Assembly (NCBI GenBank): GCA_040400605.1
Contig: JBBAPZ010000003.1
Span: forward strand, 126,507 to 190,506
Reading direction: 5' to 3'
Source of the DNA: Candidatus Sericytochromatia bacterium
Lineage (GTDB): Bacteria; Cyanobacteriota; Sericytochromatia; S15B-MN24; JAQBPE01
Length of the DNA stretch: 64,000 nt
Under the pieces are notes generated by a model, which saw only the letters and a program-made list of their open reading frames with translations, was not told where the DNA came from and made no database searches. The translations under genes were made by a program, and so were the position numbers. Shown piece after piece: positions 48,304-59,492 of the stretch (position 1 is its first letter; the number at the start of each line of letters is the position of its first letter).

Positions 48304-51117
48304 GTGAACGCTGACACCAGTTCTTTGTATGCGGGCAACGCGGCCTTTGTTGAGGCCTTGTATGAGACGTATTTGTTGGATCCCCAAGCCGTAGATGGCG
48401 TTTGGCGGCAATATTTCGATACCTTGCGTGCGGGTCAGTCTGGGCCGGAAGTGCCGCATGCGCCGATCCAGGCTGCATTCGTGGCCCAAGGCCGTGCGGT
48501 GGGTGTACGGCGGGACGGGGGGGGGGCACGTCCAAACTTTGGTTCGTTATTCGACGCTTACCGTAGCGATGGTCATCAGGTGGCGCGAATCAGCCCGTTG
48601 TCGTTGCGGCAGGCGGTTGCGGTGCCGGAGTTGGAGTTGGGGCATCATGGCTTGAGTGAGCGTGACTTGGTGCAGGCCGTTGACGATTCGCGCAGTCGGG
48701 ATTTGGGGACAACCGCGAAGGAGGCAGTGGCGAATGCGCGGCGCATTTATTGTGACAGTGTTGGTTACGAATACATGCATTTGCCGCGCGTCGAGCGCGA
48801 GTGGTTGCGCGAGCGGATTGAGCGGTCGGGCGGGCGGGCGGTGTTGACGTCTGGACAGCAACGGCGGATTTATGAAAAGTTGGTGGCGGCGGAGGGGTTG
48901 GAGCGTTATCTGCATCAGCGTTATGTGGGGCAAAAGCGCTTTTCGCTGGAGGGTGGCGACACCTTGATTCCTGTTTTGGATCACCTGTTCGATCGTGCCG
49001 GGGTGCAGGGCGTTCAAGAGATTGTGATGGGGATGGCTCATCGGGGTCGCCTCAATGTGTTGATCAATGTCATGGGCAAGCCGAGCGGCGAATTGTTTGA
49101 GGAGTTTGAAGGCAGGAAGGTTTATCCGGAGGAGTTGGCCGGGGATGTCAAATACCACTTGGGCTTTTCATCCGATGTTGAGACTGCCGGTGGGCCCGTT
49201 CATCTGTCGTTGGGTTTTAATCCGTCGCATTTGGAGCTGATCAATCCTGTCGTCGAGGGGTCTGTGCGCGCGCGTCAGGACAGGCGGGAGGATACGCAAC
49301 GCGTGAAGGTGCTTCCTGTGCTGATTCATGGTGATGCGGCGGTAATTGGTCAAGGCGTCGTGACTGAGACCTTGAATCTGTCGCAGTTGCGTGGCTATGC
49401 CACCGGCGGTTCGATTCATATCGTTATCAACAATCAGGTGGGTTTCAGTATCAGTGATCCGCAAGATGCCCGTTCGAGTCGGTATTGTACGGACGTGGCC
49501 AAGATGGTTGAAGCGCCTGTTTTTCATGTGAACGGGGATGATCCGGAGGCAGCCATTTTTGTGACTGAGTTGGCTTTGGCGTATCGCCAGACTTTTCACA
49601 AGGATGTATTCGTGGATCTGGTGTGTTTCAGACGCCATGGCCACAATGAGTCGGATGAACCGCGTGCCACACAGCCTGGCATGTATCGTCAAATTGATGC
49701 CCACCCGGGGGTTTGCGCGCGCTATGGTGGGCAACTGCAGGCACTCGGGGTGCTGACGCCTGCGGATGTTGCTGCGATTGCCAGCGCTTACCGTGATGCA
49801 TTGGATGCGGGTAAGGTGGTTGCTGCTGCGAAAGAGACTGTGGGGCGAATGAACAGAGGGGTGGACTGGGAGCCGTTTTTGAGCCTTGATTGGCGTCCCC
49901 CGGCTCACAGTGCCGTATCTGTTGCACGTCTGCAGGATTTGGGCCGTGCGCTGACCAGCTTGCCCGATGATTTGGTTCTGCATCCCCGTGTGGCGAGTGT
50001 CATCAAGGCACGGCGGGAGATGGTTGCGGGTGGTGCGTCTATTGATTGGGGTTTTGCTGAGAATTTGGCTTATGCTTCTTTGTTGACTACTGGTTTCCCG
50101 GTTCGTATCAGCGGGCAAGACAGTGGCCGGGGTACATTTTTTCATCGGCACGCGGTGTTGCATGACCAACGGGAGAATGATTTGCCTGAGGGGCGTTGTT
50201 ATGTACCATTGAGGCACTTGGCTGAAGGGCAGGCGCGTTTTGAGGTGATTGATTCGGCGTTGTCGGAAGAAGCGGTATTGGGTTTTGAGTATGGATATAC
50301 CAGCAACGAACCGAATGCCTTGGTGATTTGGGAAGCGCAGTATGGGGACTTCGCCAATGGTGCGCAGGCGGTGATCGATCAATTCATCAGTGCGGGCGAA
50401 TCGAAATGGCGTCGCTTGTCGGCGCTTGTCATGATGTTGCCTCACGGTTATGAGGGGCAGGGGCCCGAACACTCATCAGCGCGCCTTGAGCGTTTCTTGC
50501 AGTTGTGTGCGGAGCAGAACATGCAGGTGTGTGTTCCGAGCACACCGGCACAAATGTTTCATCTGTTGCGGCGTCAATTGTTGCGTCCGGCGCGGAAACC
50601 GTTGGTTGTCATGAGCCCGAAGAGCATGCTGCGGCATCGACTGTCGGTGTCGACGTTGGAGGAGTTGGCGTCAGGGGGATTTGATGAATTGATCCCCGAG
50701 TCTCGGGCAATCGAGGGTATGACGCGTGTCGTTTTGTGCAGTGGGAAACTTTATTACGACTTGTATGAAGCGCGCGACAAGCATGGTTTGGCCAATGTCG
50801 CATTGGTGAGATTGGAGCAGTTGTATCCTTTCCCGTCGGGCGCTTTGACCCGGGAGCTTGCGCGTTTTCCAAAGGCGGAGGTGGTTTGGGCGCAGGAAGA
50901 GCCCCATAATCAGGGGGCCTGGCTGTCAATCCAGGAGGATCTGCGGGCCTGCCTGGGTGCGGGACAAACCTTGTTGCCTGCGACGCGTCCACGTGCTGCG
51001 TCGCCCGCCGTTGGTTATGCCAGCAAGCATGCGGTGCAGCAGCAAGCGTTGATTCAGGGCGCGTTGGGATTGGTGCCTGTTCTGGCTGCCACTGCAGTGT
51101 CTGCGGCGGCGACTTGA
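48304..51117 (+). CDS. sucA: 2-oxoglutarate dehydrogenase E1
   Basis: [62 protein letters not shown]. Confidence 0.98.
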   Translation: MNADTSSLYAGNAAFVEALYETYLLDPQAVDGVWRQYFDTLRAGQSGPEVPHAPIQAAFVAQGRAVGVRRDGGGARPNFGSLFDAYRSDGHQVARISPLSLRQAVAVPELELGHHGLSERDLVQAVDDSRSRDLGTTAKEAVANARRIYCDSVGYEYMHLPRVEREWLRERIERSGGRAVLTSGQQRRIYEKLVAAEGLERYLHQRYVGQKRFSLEGGDTLIPVLDHLFDRAGVQGVQEIVMGMAHRGRLNVLINVMGKPSGELFEEFEGRKVYPEELAGDVKYHLGFSSDVETAGGPVHLSLGFNPSHLELINPVVEGSVRARQDRREDTQRVKVLPVLIHGDAAVIGQGVVTETLNLSQLRGYATGGSIHIVINNQVGFSISDPQDARSSRYCTDVAKMVEAPVFHVNGDDPEAAIFVTELALAYRQTFHKDVFVDLVCFRRHGHNESDEPRATQPGMYRQIDAHPGVCARYGGQLQALGVLTPADVAAIASAYRDALDAGKVVAAAKETVGRMNRGVDWEPFLSLDWRPPAHSAVSVARLQDLGRALTSLPDDLVLHPRVASVIKARREMVAGGASIDWGFAENLAYASLLTTGFPVRISGQDSGRGTFFHRHAVLHDQRENDLPEGRCYVPLRHLAEGQARFEVIDSALSEEAVLGFEYGYTSNEPNALVIWEAQYGDFANGAQAVIDQFISAGESKWRRLSALVMMLPHGYEGQGPEHSSARLERFLQLCAEQNMQVCVPSTPAQMFHLLRRQLLRPARKPLVVMSPKSMLRHRLSVSTLEELASGGFDELIPESRAIEGMTRVVLCSGKLYYDLYEARDKHGLANVALVRLEQLYPFPSGALTRELARFPKAEVVWAQEEPHNQGAWLSIQEDLRACLGAGQTLLPATRPRAASPAVGYASKHAVQQQALIQGALGLVPVLAATAVSAAAT

Positions 51118-51154
51118 ACCGGGTTTAGGATGCGGCATTTACGTAGGAGTGGCC

Positions 51155-52333
51155 ATGATCGTTGAAGTCAAGGTTCCCGTTTTTTCGGAGTCAGTCAGTG
51201 AAGGCACCTTGCTTGCCTGGGCCAAGCCATTGGGTGCGCGTGTCGAACGGGGTGACAAGCTGATTGATATTGAAACCGATAAGGTGGTGCTAGAAGTTTT
51301 TGCCCCGCAGTCCGGTGTTTTGACGGCGTTGATGAAACAGGAAGGGGATGTGGTCACGGCGGAAGAGGTTTTGGCCGCGATCGATACGGCGGCTGCGGCC
51401 GAACCGGTGGTTGCCGCGGCGGTTGGTCAAACCGAGGCATCGGCGACGGAGGCCTCAGCTGGTGTTTTGGAACGGTCGGGTCCGGCGGTGCGTAAGTTGC
51501 AGGCGCAGACGGGAGTCAATCTGGAGCAGGTGCCGGCGACCGGCAAGGATGGTCGGGCAACCAAAGGGGATGTTTTGGCACATCTGAATACGCCGGCGCC
51601 GGTTGAAGCGGTGGCACCGGTTGTATCGGGTGTTCGCCCGTCCAAGCGCGTTCCGATGACCCGTATTCGTGCGCGGATTGCGGAGCGTTTGAAGGAAGCA
51701 CAGAACACGGCGGCATTGTTGACGACCTACAATGAAGTTAACATGCGGTCAGTGATGGCGTTGCGCAAGCAGTATCAGGATGCGTTCACCAAAAAGCACG
51801 GCATCAAGCTCGGGTTTATGAGCTTTTTTGTCAAGGCTGCGGTCGAGGCGTTGAAGCAGTATCCCGTATTGAATGCGTCGGTGGATGGCAAAGACATCAT
51901 TTACCACGGTTTTTATGATATCGGGATTGCAGTGGCGAGTGAGCGCGGGTTGGTGGTGCCGATTGTGCGGGATGCGGATCAGCTATCCCTTGCGCAAATC
52001 GAGAAGGCGATCGCCGGTTATGCTGCCAAGGCCCGGGACAACAAGCTGACCTTGGATGACATGGCGGGCGGAACTTTCTCCATCACCAATGGTGGAACAT
52101 TCGGCTCGATGCTTTCCACCCCCATCTTGAACCAGCCGCAAAGCGCGATTCTTGGCATGCACAACATCGTGGAGCGCCCTATCGTTGAAAATGGTCAGAT
52201 TGTGGCGGCACCTGTGATGTATTTGGCGCTTTCTTATGATCACCGCATCATTGATGGTCGAGAAGCGGTGCTGTTTTTGGTCAGCATTAAAAATGCTTTG
52301 GAGGATCCGGCGCGGATGCTTTTGGATATCTGA
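51155..52333 (+). CDS. sucB: Dihydrolipoyl succinyltransferase E2
   Basis: Lipoyl motif [34 protein letters not shown]. Confidence 0.97.
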   Translation: MIVEVKVPVFSESVSEGTLLAWAKPLGARVERGDKLIDIETDKVVLEVFAPQSGVLTALMKQEGDVVTAEEVLAAIDTAAAAEPVVAAAVGQTEASATEASAGVLERSGPAVRKLQAQTGVNLEQVPATGKDGRATKGDVLAHLNTPAPVEAVAPVVSGVRPSKRVPMTRIRARIAERLKEAQNTAALLTTYNEVNMRSVMALRKQYQDAFTKKHGIKLGFMSFFVKAAVEALKQYPVLNASVDGKDIIYHGFYDIGIAVASERGLVVPIVRDADQLSLAQIEKAIAGYAAKARDNKLTLDDMAGGTFSITNGGTFGSMLSTPILNQPQSAILGMHNIVERPIVENGQIVAAPVMYLALSYDHRIIDGREAVLFLVSIKNALEDPARMLLDI

Positions 52334-52430
52334 CCCAGATTGGCTTTCGGGTAGCCGGCAACCGGCTGCCCATTCCGCTTGAACTTGATGAATGGGCCCG
52401 TGATGACATTCGCGAGTCTTGAATGAGGCA

Positions 52431-53846
52431 ATGAACGTGGCACAAACTTTTGACGTTGTGGTGATCGGTGGTGGACCGGGCGGCTATGTGGCGGCCATTC
52501 GGTGTGCACAGTTGGGTTTGAGTACTGCTTGTGTTGACGCTGGGCGCAGCCCGCAGGGGCAGGTGAGTCTGGGTGGAACGTGTCTGAATGTCGGGTGTAT
52601 TCCGAGCAAGGCGTTGCTTGATTCGTCCGAGCAGTATGAAAAGCTGAAAGAACTGGGTCATCACGGCATTGAAGTGAGTGGCGTCGAGTTGAATCTATCG
52701 CGGATGTTGGCACGCAAGGATGCGGTCATTGCAAAAATGGCCGGTGGGATTCAGGGATTGTTCAAGAAAAACAAGGTGACTTCCTACTGTGGGGTTGGTC
52801 GTTTGCAAGAGCGTGCAGGTGATCGGTGGCAGATTGCAGTGGGTGAGGAGACGTTGCACGCGACGCATGTGATCGTCGCCACGGGTTCTGTGCCGCGTCC
52901 GTTACCCTTGGCGCCTTTTGACGGAGAGCGCGTGGTGGATAATGCGGGGGCGTTGGCTTTTGAAACGGTGCCCAAGCGTTTGTGCGTGATTGGTGCCGGG
53001 GTGATCGGTGTCGAACTCGGCAGCGTTTGGCGGCGTTTGGGAGCAGATGTGACGATTTTGGAGGCAGCGCCGAGTTTTTTGGCGGCTGCTGATGAGGCGA
53101 TCGCCAAAGAGGCGCTCAAATACCTGACGCAACAGGGATTGCAATTCAAGTTTGGTGTGGCAATTGAGGCTGTCAGTTCTGATGCCGATGGCGTGCGCGT
53201 GCGCTATGGCCATGAGGGCCAGCCTTGCGAGTTGGTTGCGGACAAGCTCATCGTTGCAATTGGGCGTCTTCCCAACACGGCCGGCTTGGGTGCCGACGCT
53301 GTGGGATTGGAATTGGATGATCGTGGTTTTGTTAAAGTGTCTCACTGGCGGACCAATTTACCGAACGTCTGGGCGGTCGGTGATGTCATTGGTGGGGCGA
53401 TGCTCGCGCACAAGGCAGAAGAAGAGGGTGTGGCTGTCGCTGAACTGATTGCCGGCCAGGCGGGGCACGTTAATGAGGCGGTGATTCCGTGGGTAATTTA
53501 TACCTCGCCTGAAATTGCGTGGGTCGGGCAGACGGAACAGGCGCTCAAGGCAGCTCAAGTACCCTATCGAACCGGCAGGTTTCCGTTTGCGGCCAATGGA
53601 CGCGCGCACGGTCATAACGACACGCGTGGTTTTATCAAGGTTTTGGCACATGAGTCATCGGATCGCATCCTGGGTGTGCATATGATCGGGCCGAACGTTT
53701 CGGAATTGATTGGAGAGGCCGTGACGATGATGGAGTTTGCGGCATCAAGTGAAGACCTTGCTCGCACGATTCACGCGCATCCGACCTTGTCTGAAGTGCT
53801 AAAAGAAGCCGCTCTGGCGGTCGACAAGCGCGCAATTCACGCGTGA
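52431..53846 (+). CDS. lpdA: Dihydrolipoyl dehydrogenase E3
   Basis: [38 protein letters not shown]. Confidence 0.97.
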   Translation: MNVAQTFDVVVIGGGPGGYVAAIRCAQLGLSTACVDAGRSPQGQVSLGGTCLNVGCIPSKALLDSSEQYEKLKELGHHGIEVSGVELNLSRMLARKDAVIAKMAGGIQGLFKKNKVTSYCGVGRLQERAGDRWQIAVGEETLHATHVIVATGSVPRPLPLAPFDGERVVDNAGALAFETVPKRLCVIGAGVIGVELGSVWRRLGADVTILEAAPSFLAAADEAIAKEALKYLTQQGLQFKFGVAIEAVSSDADGVRVRYGHEGQPCELVADKLIVAIGRLPNTAGLGADAVGLELDDRGFVKVSHWRTNLPNVWAVGDVIGGAMLAHKAEEEGVAVAELIAGQAGHVNEAVIPWVIYTSPEIAWVGQTEQALKAAQVPYRTGRFPFAANGRAHGHNDTRGFIKVLAHESSDRILGVHMIGPNVSELIGEAVTMMEFAASSEDLARTIHAHPTLSEVLKEAALAVDKRAIHA

Positions 53847-54382
53847 TAATTGCGCATCCGATTGCCTGTTCGTTCATCAAACGGTGCTTTCGCAGCAGTC
53901 GGTGGGAGCAAACAGGACTGCCTGGTTGTTGTTATAACGTCGCGCATCGGTTGCTGTTCAAAACTGTTTCGCAGTGTCAAAACATCAGGCATTCTCGCGC
54001 TATTAGGCAACATCACTCAACGTTTGATCACCAATCAACGCTTTTCGATATGACATTATCACCCGGCTTCAACAGTCAATCTGCGGGTTCTTGTGATTGC
54101 CCCAATGGAGTCGTTAATTTACACCGTTCGTCGGGTAAGCTAGGTCAAGCAGAGCAACCTTGCAAATTTTACAACGCATCGGATTCAACGACGCTGAAGA
54201 GGAACGTGAATGATTTGCCCCTTGATGAGTTATGCTGCCAATTTGGTGGAGTGTCAGCGTGAAAAATGTGCCGTGTGGGATAAGCGCGAAGAGGCTTGTG
54301 GCTTGGTGTCGGTTGGCGCACGGGTGCAGGACGGTTTGAGCGATCTAGTGATGACCTTAAACGAGATCAAGGTCAAATTCTG

Positions 54383-54417
54383 AAAAAAAACAGACCCCTC
54401 TCCACAGTGGAAAGGGG
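54383..54417 (-). terminator. Rho-independent terminator
   Basis: Minus strand CCCCTTTCCA-ctg-TGGAGAGGGG followed by TCTGTTTTTTTT, just after the TAA at 54437. Confidence 0.8.
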
Positions 54418-54436
54418 CGTTAAAACCGGTTGCGTC

Positions 54437-55240
54437 TTAAACGTCTATCTCTGCTCCAAACCGGTGGCGCACAAGCACAATGAAAGGGTTGTCCGGTTCC
54501 GGTGTCGGTTGTGAACTCAGTAACAGCTGATCGTTGACATTCAGTGCAGTGCCGCGATCCGAATCGGCTTCGCCCGGGCGCCCATTAAGAACCCGTGTAT
54601 CAGCATCCGAATAAGATGCTGCGCCACGGCTGCCATCTGAGAGCGTGACAGGCGGAATTAACTGACCTGCAGCCGAAGCGTCCAGTGGCAAGCGACCGTC
54701 AGTGCTGTTTCCGACATTCAACATTTGGCACTCAGTTTCAATCTAGCGACCGGGTTTGCCATTGGGAAAATGCTTTTCGTGCATCTTGCGCGCTGTCTCG
54801 TGCAATAGCTCGAAGGTAGGATCCGCCATGATGCGTTTCGCCAAATTCTCAATGTGACGCTGGTTGCTTGCCGAATTCGACAACTTCTTGGTTCCAGGTC
54901 GCCCGTCAATTTTTGCTTTTTCCACGGATGCTCCTAACCCTCACACGTTGGTTACAGTGGTTGCAAGTTCCTCGAGACTGAGAGCAGCCAGTGTCCTAGC
55001 GAACTCTATCGGGTCTTCGCGATAAGCATTTGCCAAACGAAACTCGGCCGCCCGAATTGTCGCAACGCTTGGTGGCTCTGGCTGCCGCGCTTGTCGAACC
55101 ATCGTGTCGGTCGGAATGGTAGTTGCCGATAATGTGCTTGCTTGCTCAGGCGTTGCTGCTGGTGTCAACTGCGGTGTCCGTCGTGCGATCGCACCCTGAC
55201 CACCAATGGGTATCGAACCTGATGAAGTCAGTCTGTCCAT
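54437..55240 (-). pseudogene. Single 268-codon reading frame interrupted by two in-frame stops
   Basis: ORFs 54941-55249, 54743-54925 and 54437-54724 share one frame, separated only by TGA (54941-43) and TAG (54743-45). RBS GAGGG upstream and terminator downstream. Confidence 0.7.
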
Positions 55241-55756
55241 ATGTTTCACCCTCTGTTAATGACTTGCGGTGTAATACCGCCAGTAACCCAGTATAGGCCT
55301 TTCCGCGCCTGAATCAAGCGTTGCTCGCGACCTGTTAAGTGTATAGACTCCCTTTTGATGAAACTTGCGAGGTTAACAGCAGTTTATACAAGAAATTTTT
55401 GAGAATTTAACATGAACCAAATAAATTAAGCGGACAAAGCAATAGGCCATGCGCCTCAAAGTTAACGGTGATCACATATTGGCACAACCCACCGATTGAT
55501 TTCCGTGATCGAAAAAGGCGTGACCTGCAGGCGTTTCCAGCGTCATTGAGTTAAAGAAAAAGTTAAACAACGTTTGTTTTTTAGGACGCAACGGTGGTCG
55601 CAATGGTGCAGTGGGACCAATAGGGGCACTCCCCCCCTAACATTCTGCGCCGGATTCGTGCTGTTTGCCGTGCGAATGCGTTGCGTAGCGCCGTTTGCAC
55701 ACGACACGCATGCTGTTGAAACTGCCAGAAGTGCCTGATTACCGCTTTAGGCCGTT

Positions 55757-56716
55757 TTACTTTAGCAGCCCGATGGCACGCAAGCGCTCGTTTAAAAAGT
55801 CTCCAGCGCTCACGGGGCCATAGCGACAGGGGTTTTCTGGCGTGATTGTCTCAGCGATGGGTGTCAGATCGAATTCGGAATACGGGTGAACGAAAAAGGG
55901 CATTGAGTAGCGCGCCACGTTGGCACCCGCAGGGTTGACCACGCGGTGGGTGGTCGATGGGATCACGTGATTGGTCAGGCGTTGCAGCATGTCCCCTGCG
56001 TCAACGACGAGCTGCCCTTCCGGTGCCTCGACAGGTAACCACGTGCCGTCGCGGGTAAGAATCTCGAGCCCGGAGGTGGTGGCTTCGCAAAGAATGGTGA
56101 TCAAGTTGATGTCTTCGTGTGCGGCTGCTCGAACGGCGTGGGGATCCATGTGGGGTAACAATGGCGGATAATGGATCGCACGCAGGATCGAGTTCCCTCC
56201 TTCGATCGATTTTGCGAAGTAGGCGCGATCCGACAGCTTGAAGTAATCTCCAAGCGCAAGAAGCATCAGGCGCGCAGCGTCCTCGAGCTGTGCGAAGAGC
56301 GTCAGGGTCAGTTCCCTCAATTCCGGTACTTCGCTCGGCCAAACATTGCTGGGGTACTCGTCAAAATAGCGATCGTGAGACGCCAATTCACGGCCCACGT
56401 GCCAGAATTCCTTGAGGTCGCCAACTGTTGAGTCTTTGGCATGCTCCTTGCCAAAACTGGTATACCCGCGTTGCCCGCCAGCCACCCGCTCGTATTGCTT
56501 TTTTTGCTCCAATGGCAATGCAAAAAGTTCTTGAAACAAGCGATAAGTCTTTTTAATCACTGCCGTTTCAATGGTGTGGCCCTCGATTGCCACAAACCCA
56601 AAATCACGCAGGCCTTCACCCCACGTTTGAACAAATCTGCCTTTCTGTTCCGCTGTTCCGTGCGTGTAGTCACGCAAATCGATCACGGGAATTTGCTGGG
56701 TGGCAGACGTTGGCAT
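55757..56716 (-). CDS. Isopenicillin-N-synthase-like 2OG-Fe(II) dioxygenase
   Basis: IPVIDL, RGYT, LRAIHYPP, AHEDINLIT (HxD), STTHRV, RYSMPFF (RxS). Confidence 0.93.
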   Translation of the reverse strand: MPTSATQQIPVIDLRDYTHGTAEQKGRFVQTWGEGLRDFGFVAIEGHTIETAVIKKTYRLFQELFALPLEQKKQYERVAGGQRGYTSFGKEHAKDSTVGDLKEFWHVGRELASHDRYFDEYPSNVWPSEVPELRELTLTLFAQLEDAARLMLLALGDYFKLSDRAYFAKSIEGGNSILRAIHYPPLLPHMDPHAVRAAAHEDINLITILCEATTSGLEILTRDGTWLPVEAPEGQLVVDAGDMLQRLTNHVIPSTTHRVVNPAGANVARYSMPFFVHPYSEFDLTPIAETITPENPCRYGPVSAGDFLNERLRAIGLLK

Positions 56717-57348
56717 AAACGCCCTCCTGAGGCAGAAAGGGGGAAGATTCGCGGGATTACACCGCGCAGTCGGGGTAAGGTCAGACGACGCTCGTCACGA
56801 CACTCATACCCATTTGGGATAGTAAATCTCAGGTGTCGTCGTAGTAAAATTATCCGGTTTAATATCGGGCTTCGTCCGTAGCCATACCGTGACACGCAGG
56901 TTTGTATCAAAAACCATCTGACGGTAAGCGAATGGAACCAAGCGACCGTACCGCATTTCAACGGCAAGAAACAAGGATTTAAGGCAGCCTGTTGCGTGTT
57001 TTTACACCCGCGTGGTGCTTGCTGCGCCATGCTTACATCTGGGAATGCAAGAACCTTAGGCAGGCACACACGGTTGCTTCATTAGTAACCAAAGTTTGGT
57101 CAGAGAACAAACCGTTTCTGTATGGGGGTTATCGTGATGATTGGCATCAGCGACCACGTTTTGGGATCCATCAGGTTTTCAGTTGTGCATCAACGCCCGA
57201 TAAAAGGTAAATTGCGGGCTAAACCCCAGTTAATTTAAATCTAAAATCGACAAGATTTCGTACTGAGCAGGGGATAATCTGGGTGTCTGCGTTTGTTTGG
57301 AATGGTTTGATGGTTCGAGAGTCACGCAACACCGATCGAAAAGTTAGA

Positions 57349-57984
57349 ATGGGTATTGTGTCGCAACGCGCTTCGGGCGTTTCGCGCATTAATGCGACGA
57401 TTGACAGAGGGGATCCTGGTAACCCCTGTGCGGATCGCTTCACCGATGTGTTGGGTCTTCAGGGCTTGTTGCAGGATGGCACAAAGCTCGTTGCCTTACA
57501 GTCGTCTGCCTCTAGTGTGGCAGGGACTGTTGCCCGGAACCTCAACGCTGTGGTGATGGGTCATCGCCTGGCGATGGGACCTGCGTTGCGGTTGAGTGAG
57601 CGGCGTTTGGCGCATGCGGCGCCTGTCACCCAAAGGGTGTTTAAACCTTTACTGAACGCTGGGCAAGCCACAGCACGTTTCGGTGCCGCCTTCGGTAGAT
57701 ATGGGCCTGTCATCAGTTTGCCGTTTGCCGTTTATGATGTTTACAAGGCAATCTTGGAGACCGAGCCGCAAAAAAAGCGGGCAGCTTCCTTCAATGCATC
57801 GATGACCGTGCTGGGTACCGGGTTTGGGACGGTTGGGGTGATGGTGGCCTCCGTACCCATTGCGGTGTTTTGTTTGGCGTTGTCTGCTGGAATCGGCGCC
57901 TTTCAATTGTCAGATGCATATCTCAATAAGGGGCGTGTGAATCAGCAACTTGGCGATCGCTTTTTTTATTGGATGCGGGGCTAG
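57349..57984 (+). CDS. Hypothetical protein with Gly/Ala-rich hydrophobic C-terminal helices
   Basis: Long ORF with TM-like segments. Start uncertain (57283-57349). Confidence 0.6.
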   Translation: MGIVSQRASGVSRINATIDRGDPGNPCADRFTDVLGLQGLLQDGTKLVALQSSASSVAGTVARNLNAVVMGHRLAMGPALRLSERRLAHAAPVTQRVFKPLLNAGQATARFGAAFGRYGPVISLPFAVYDVYKAILETEPQKKRAASFNASMTVLGTGFGTVGVMVASVPIAVFCLALSAGIGAFQLSDAYLNKGRVNQQLGDRFFYWMRG

Positions 57985-58055
57985 CTGATCGCACGTGCTT
58001 GAAGTAACATCATAGCCGTTCACACAGAGGATGTGGGCGCTCGTGGAGGGGCCAC

Positions 58056-59492
58056 ATGCGGGCACGACGCTTGGCTGTCATTCTGGTGTTGCTGACTTGG
58101 GCGTGTACGCAGCCGCGCGGTGGCGTGCCAACCACCGTACAAAGCGCTGGCTCCGCGGGGGCAACGCCGCTTCTTGACTCGCCTGCCCCGACTGCGTCAG
58201 GGAGCCAGACCGTATCGCCGAATCCGGTGCCGCCTGTGTTAAAACTGGTTGCTCCCACTGTCCGGGACGATTTTACGCGGTTGCTCCTGACCGTGACTTT
58301 TTCGGTGAGTACGGAGGCGAACCAGCCGATCAAGGGTGCCGAGATTTACTACGACGGGGTATTGGTCAAGTCTTTCGAAGGTCCAGGGCCCGTTTACAGT
58401 TGGGATGAGTGGAATCCGAACCAGATTAACGCGTCAGGCAAGCCAGCGGATGCCCAGAGCGTGGGGCCCGGCACGCATACCTTGCGGCTGGTTGCGCTGA
58501 GCGTCAGTGGTTTGCAAGGGAGTTTGGAGTGGACGTTCAACAAACCGTTGAGGCTGGGCGCGTGGGAGCCGATGGCTGCTGCACCGGTCGTGCTCAGTCA
58601 TACGCATGTTTACCCGGACAGCGCATCGCCACCGACCATTTTTTCGCTTTGGGGCAGTGTGGATGGCATCGACACGACGGTACAACCACGGCGTCAAAAT
58701 TATGCTTTCAACCCCGCGGGTCAAGGGGCTTGGACTGAGGCCCGCTTCACTGGCACATCCGTCCCGCGCGCGCTTTATACATCGTGTGCGCATCCGAGTG
58801 GTCAATTGGTGTACGTCATTGGGGGGCGTACCGGGGCGACGGATTTAAGAACTGTGGACGTGGTGGCGCCCTTGCGTCGGGTCGCTGAGGCGTCGCTGGT
58901 GCCTTTGTTGGTGGCACGGCGCGAGGCGTCTGTGGTTTACATGCAGAATGCGTTGTATATCATGGGCGGGGTATCAGGCAGTTTGGGGCTATATGATGTC
59001 GAGCGAATCAGTTTGGGGCGCGACGGTTATCCGATCGGTGATGCGAAACGCATGGCAAGTCTCGTCAATGCGCGCTATGGTGCCAATGCGCACGTGTTCG
59101 GTGGGCGCATTTATGTGTTTGGTGGCGGATACCGGCCGATTGAGGTCTATGATCCTGCCACTGATGCCTGGCGATTTTTGACACAGACTGATGGAACGAC
59201 GGTGGCCACACCGGAGGCATGGCGTAACAGCCTGATGATTCCAGTGGGCGATCGCCTCTATTTCTTCGGCGGCGAGAAAGAAGACGGACAGCCTGTGGAT
59301 CGCATTTTTGAATTCAACCCCGGTACGAATATTTGGCGCGACTGGGGGCCCCTACCCCGTGCCCAGGATCAACCAAGCGGTCAAACGCGTTTGGCCGGCT
59401 GCTTTTTGGGCGACACCTTCTACCTTATTGGCGGGCAAAGACTTCCGGAACGTCGCTTGAGCGCGCAGGTGTTCAAATCAACCGTCTTTTGA
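58056..59492 (+). CDS. Kelch-repeat lipoprotein with N-terminal Ig-like domain
   Basis: Lipobox LTWAC, P/S/T linker, GTHTLRLVA Ig-like strand, Kelch cores VYVIGG, LYIMGG, IYVFGG, LYFFGG, FYLIGG. Confidence 0.88.
   Translation: MRARRLAVILVLLTWACTQPRGGVPTTVQSAGSAGATPLLDSPAPTASGSQTVSPNPVPPVLKLVAPTVRDDFTRLLLTVTFSVSTEANQPIKGAEIYYDGVLVKSFEGPGPVYSWDEWNPNQINASGKPADAQSVGPGTHTLRLVALSVSGLQGSLEWTFNKPLRLGAWEPMAAAPVVLSHTHVYPDSASPPTIFSLWGSVDGIDTTVQPRRQNYAFNPAGQGAWTEARFTGTSVPRALYTSCAHPSGQLVYVIGGRTGATDLRTVDVVAPLRRVAEASLVPLLVARREASVVYMQNALYIMGGVSGSLGLYDVERISLGRDGYPIGDAKRMASLVNARYGANAHVFGGRIYVFGGGYRPIEVYDPATDAWRFLTQTDGTTVATPEAWRNSLMIPVGDRLYFFGGEKEDGQPVDRIFEFNPGTNIWRDWGPLPRAQDQPSGQTRLAGCFLGDTFYLIGGQRLPERRLSAQVFKSTVF

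Noticed and set aside
48156..48338. N-terminal extension of LipB overlapping the sucA start
   Set aside because: GGAGG plus TTG at 48155 gives a normal-length LipB with no overlap.
49168..50472. 434-aa - strand ORF, and similar long antisense ORFs over dnaE2, ettA, glnS and htpG
   Set aside because: Antisense shadows of well-conserved genes, expected from codon bias.
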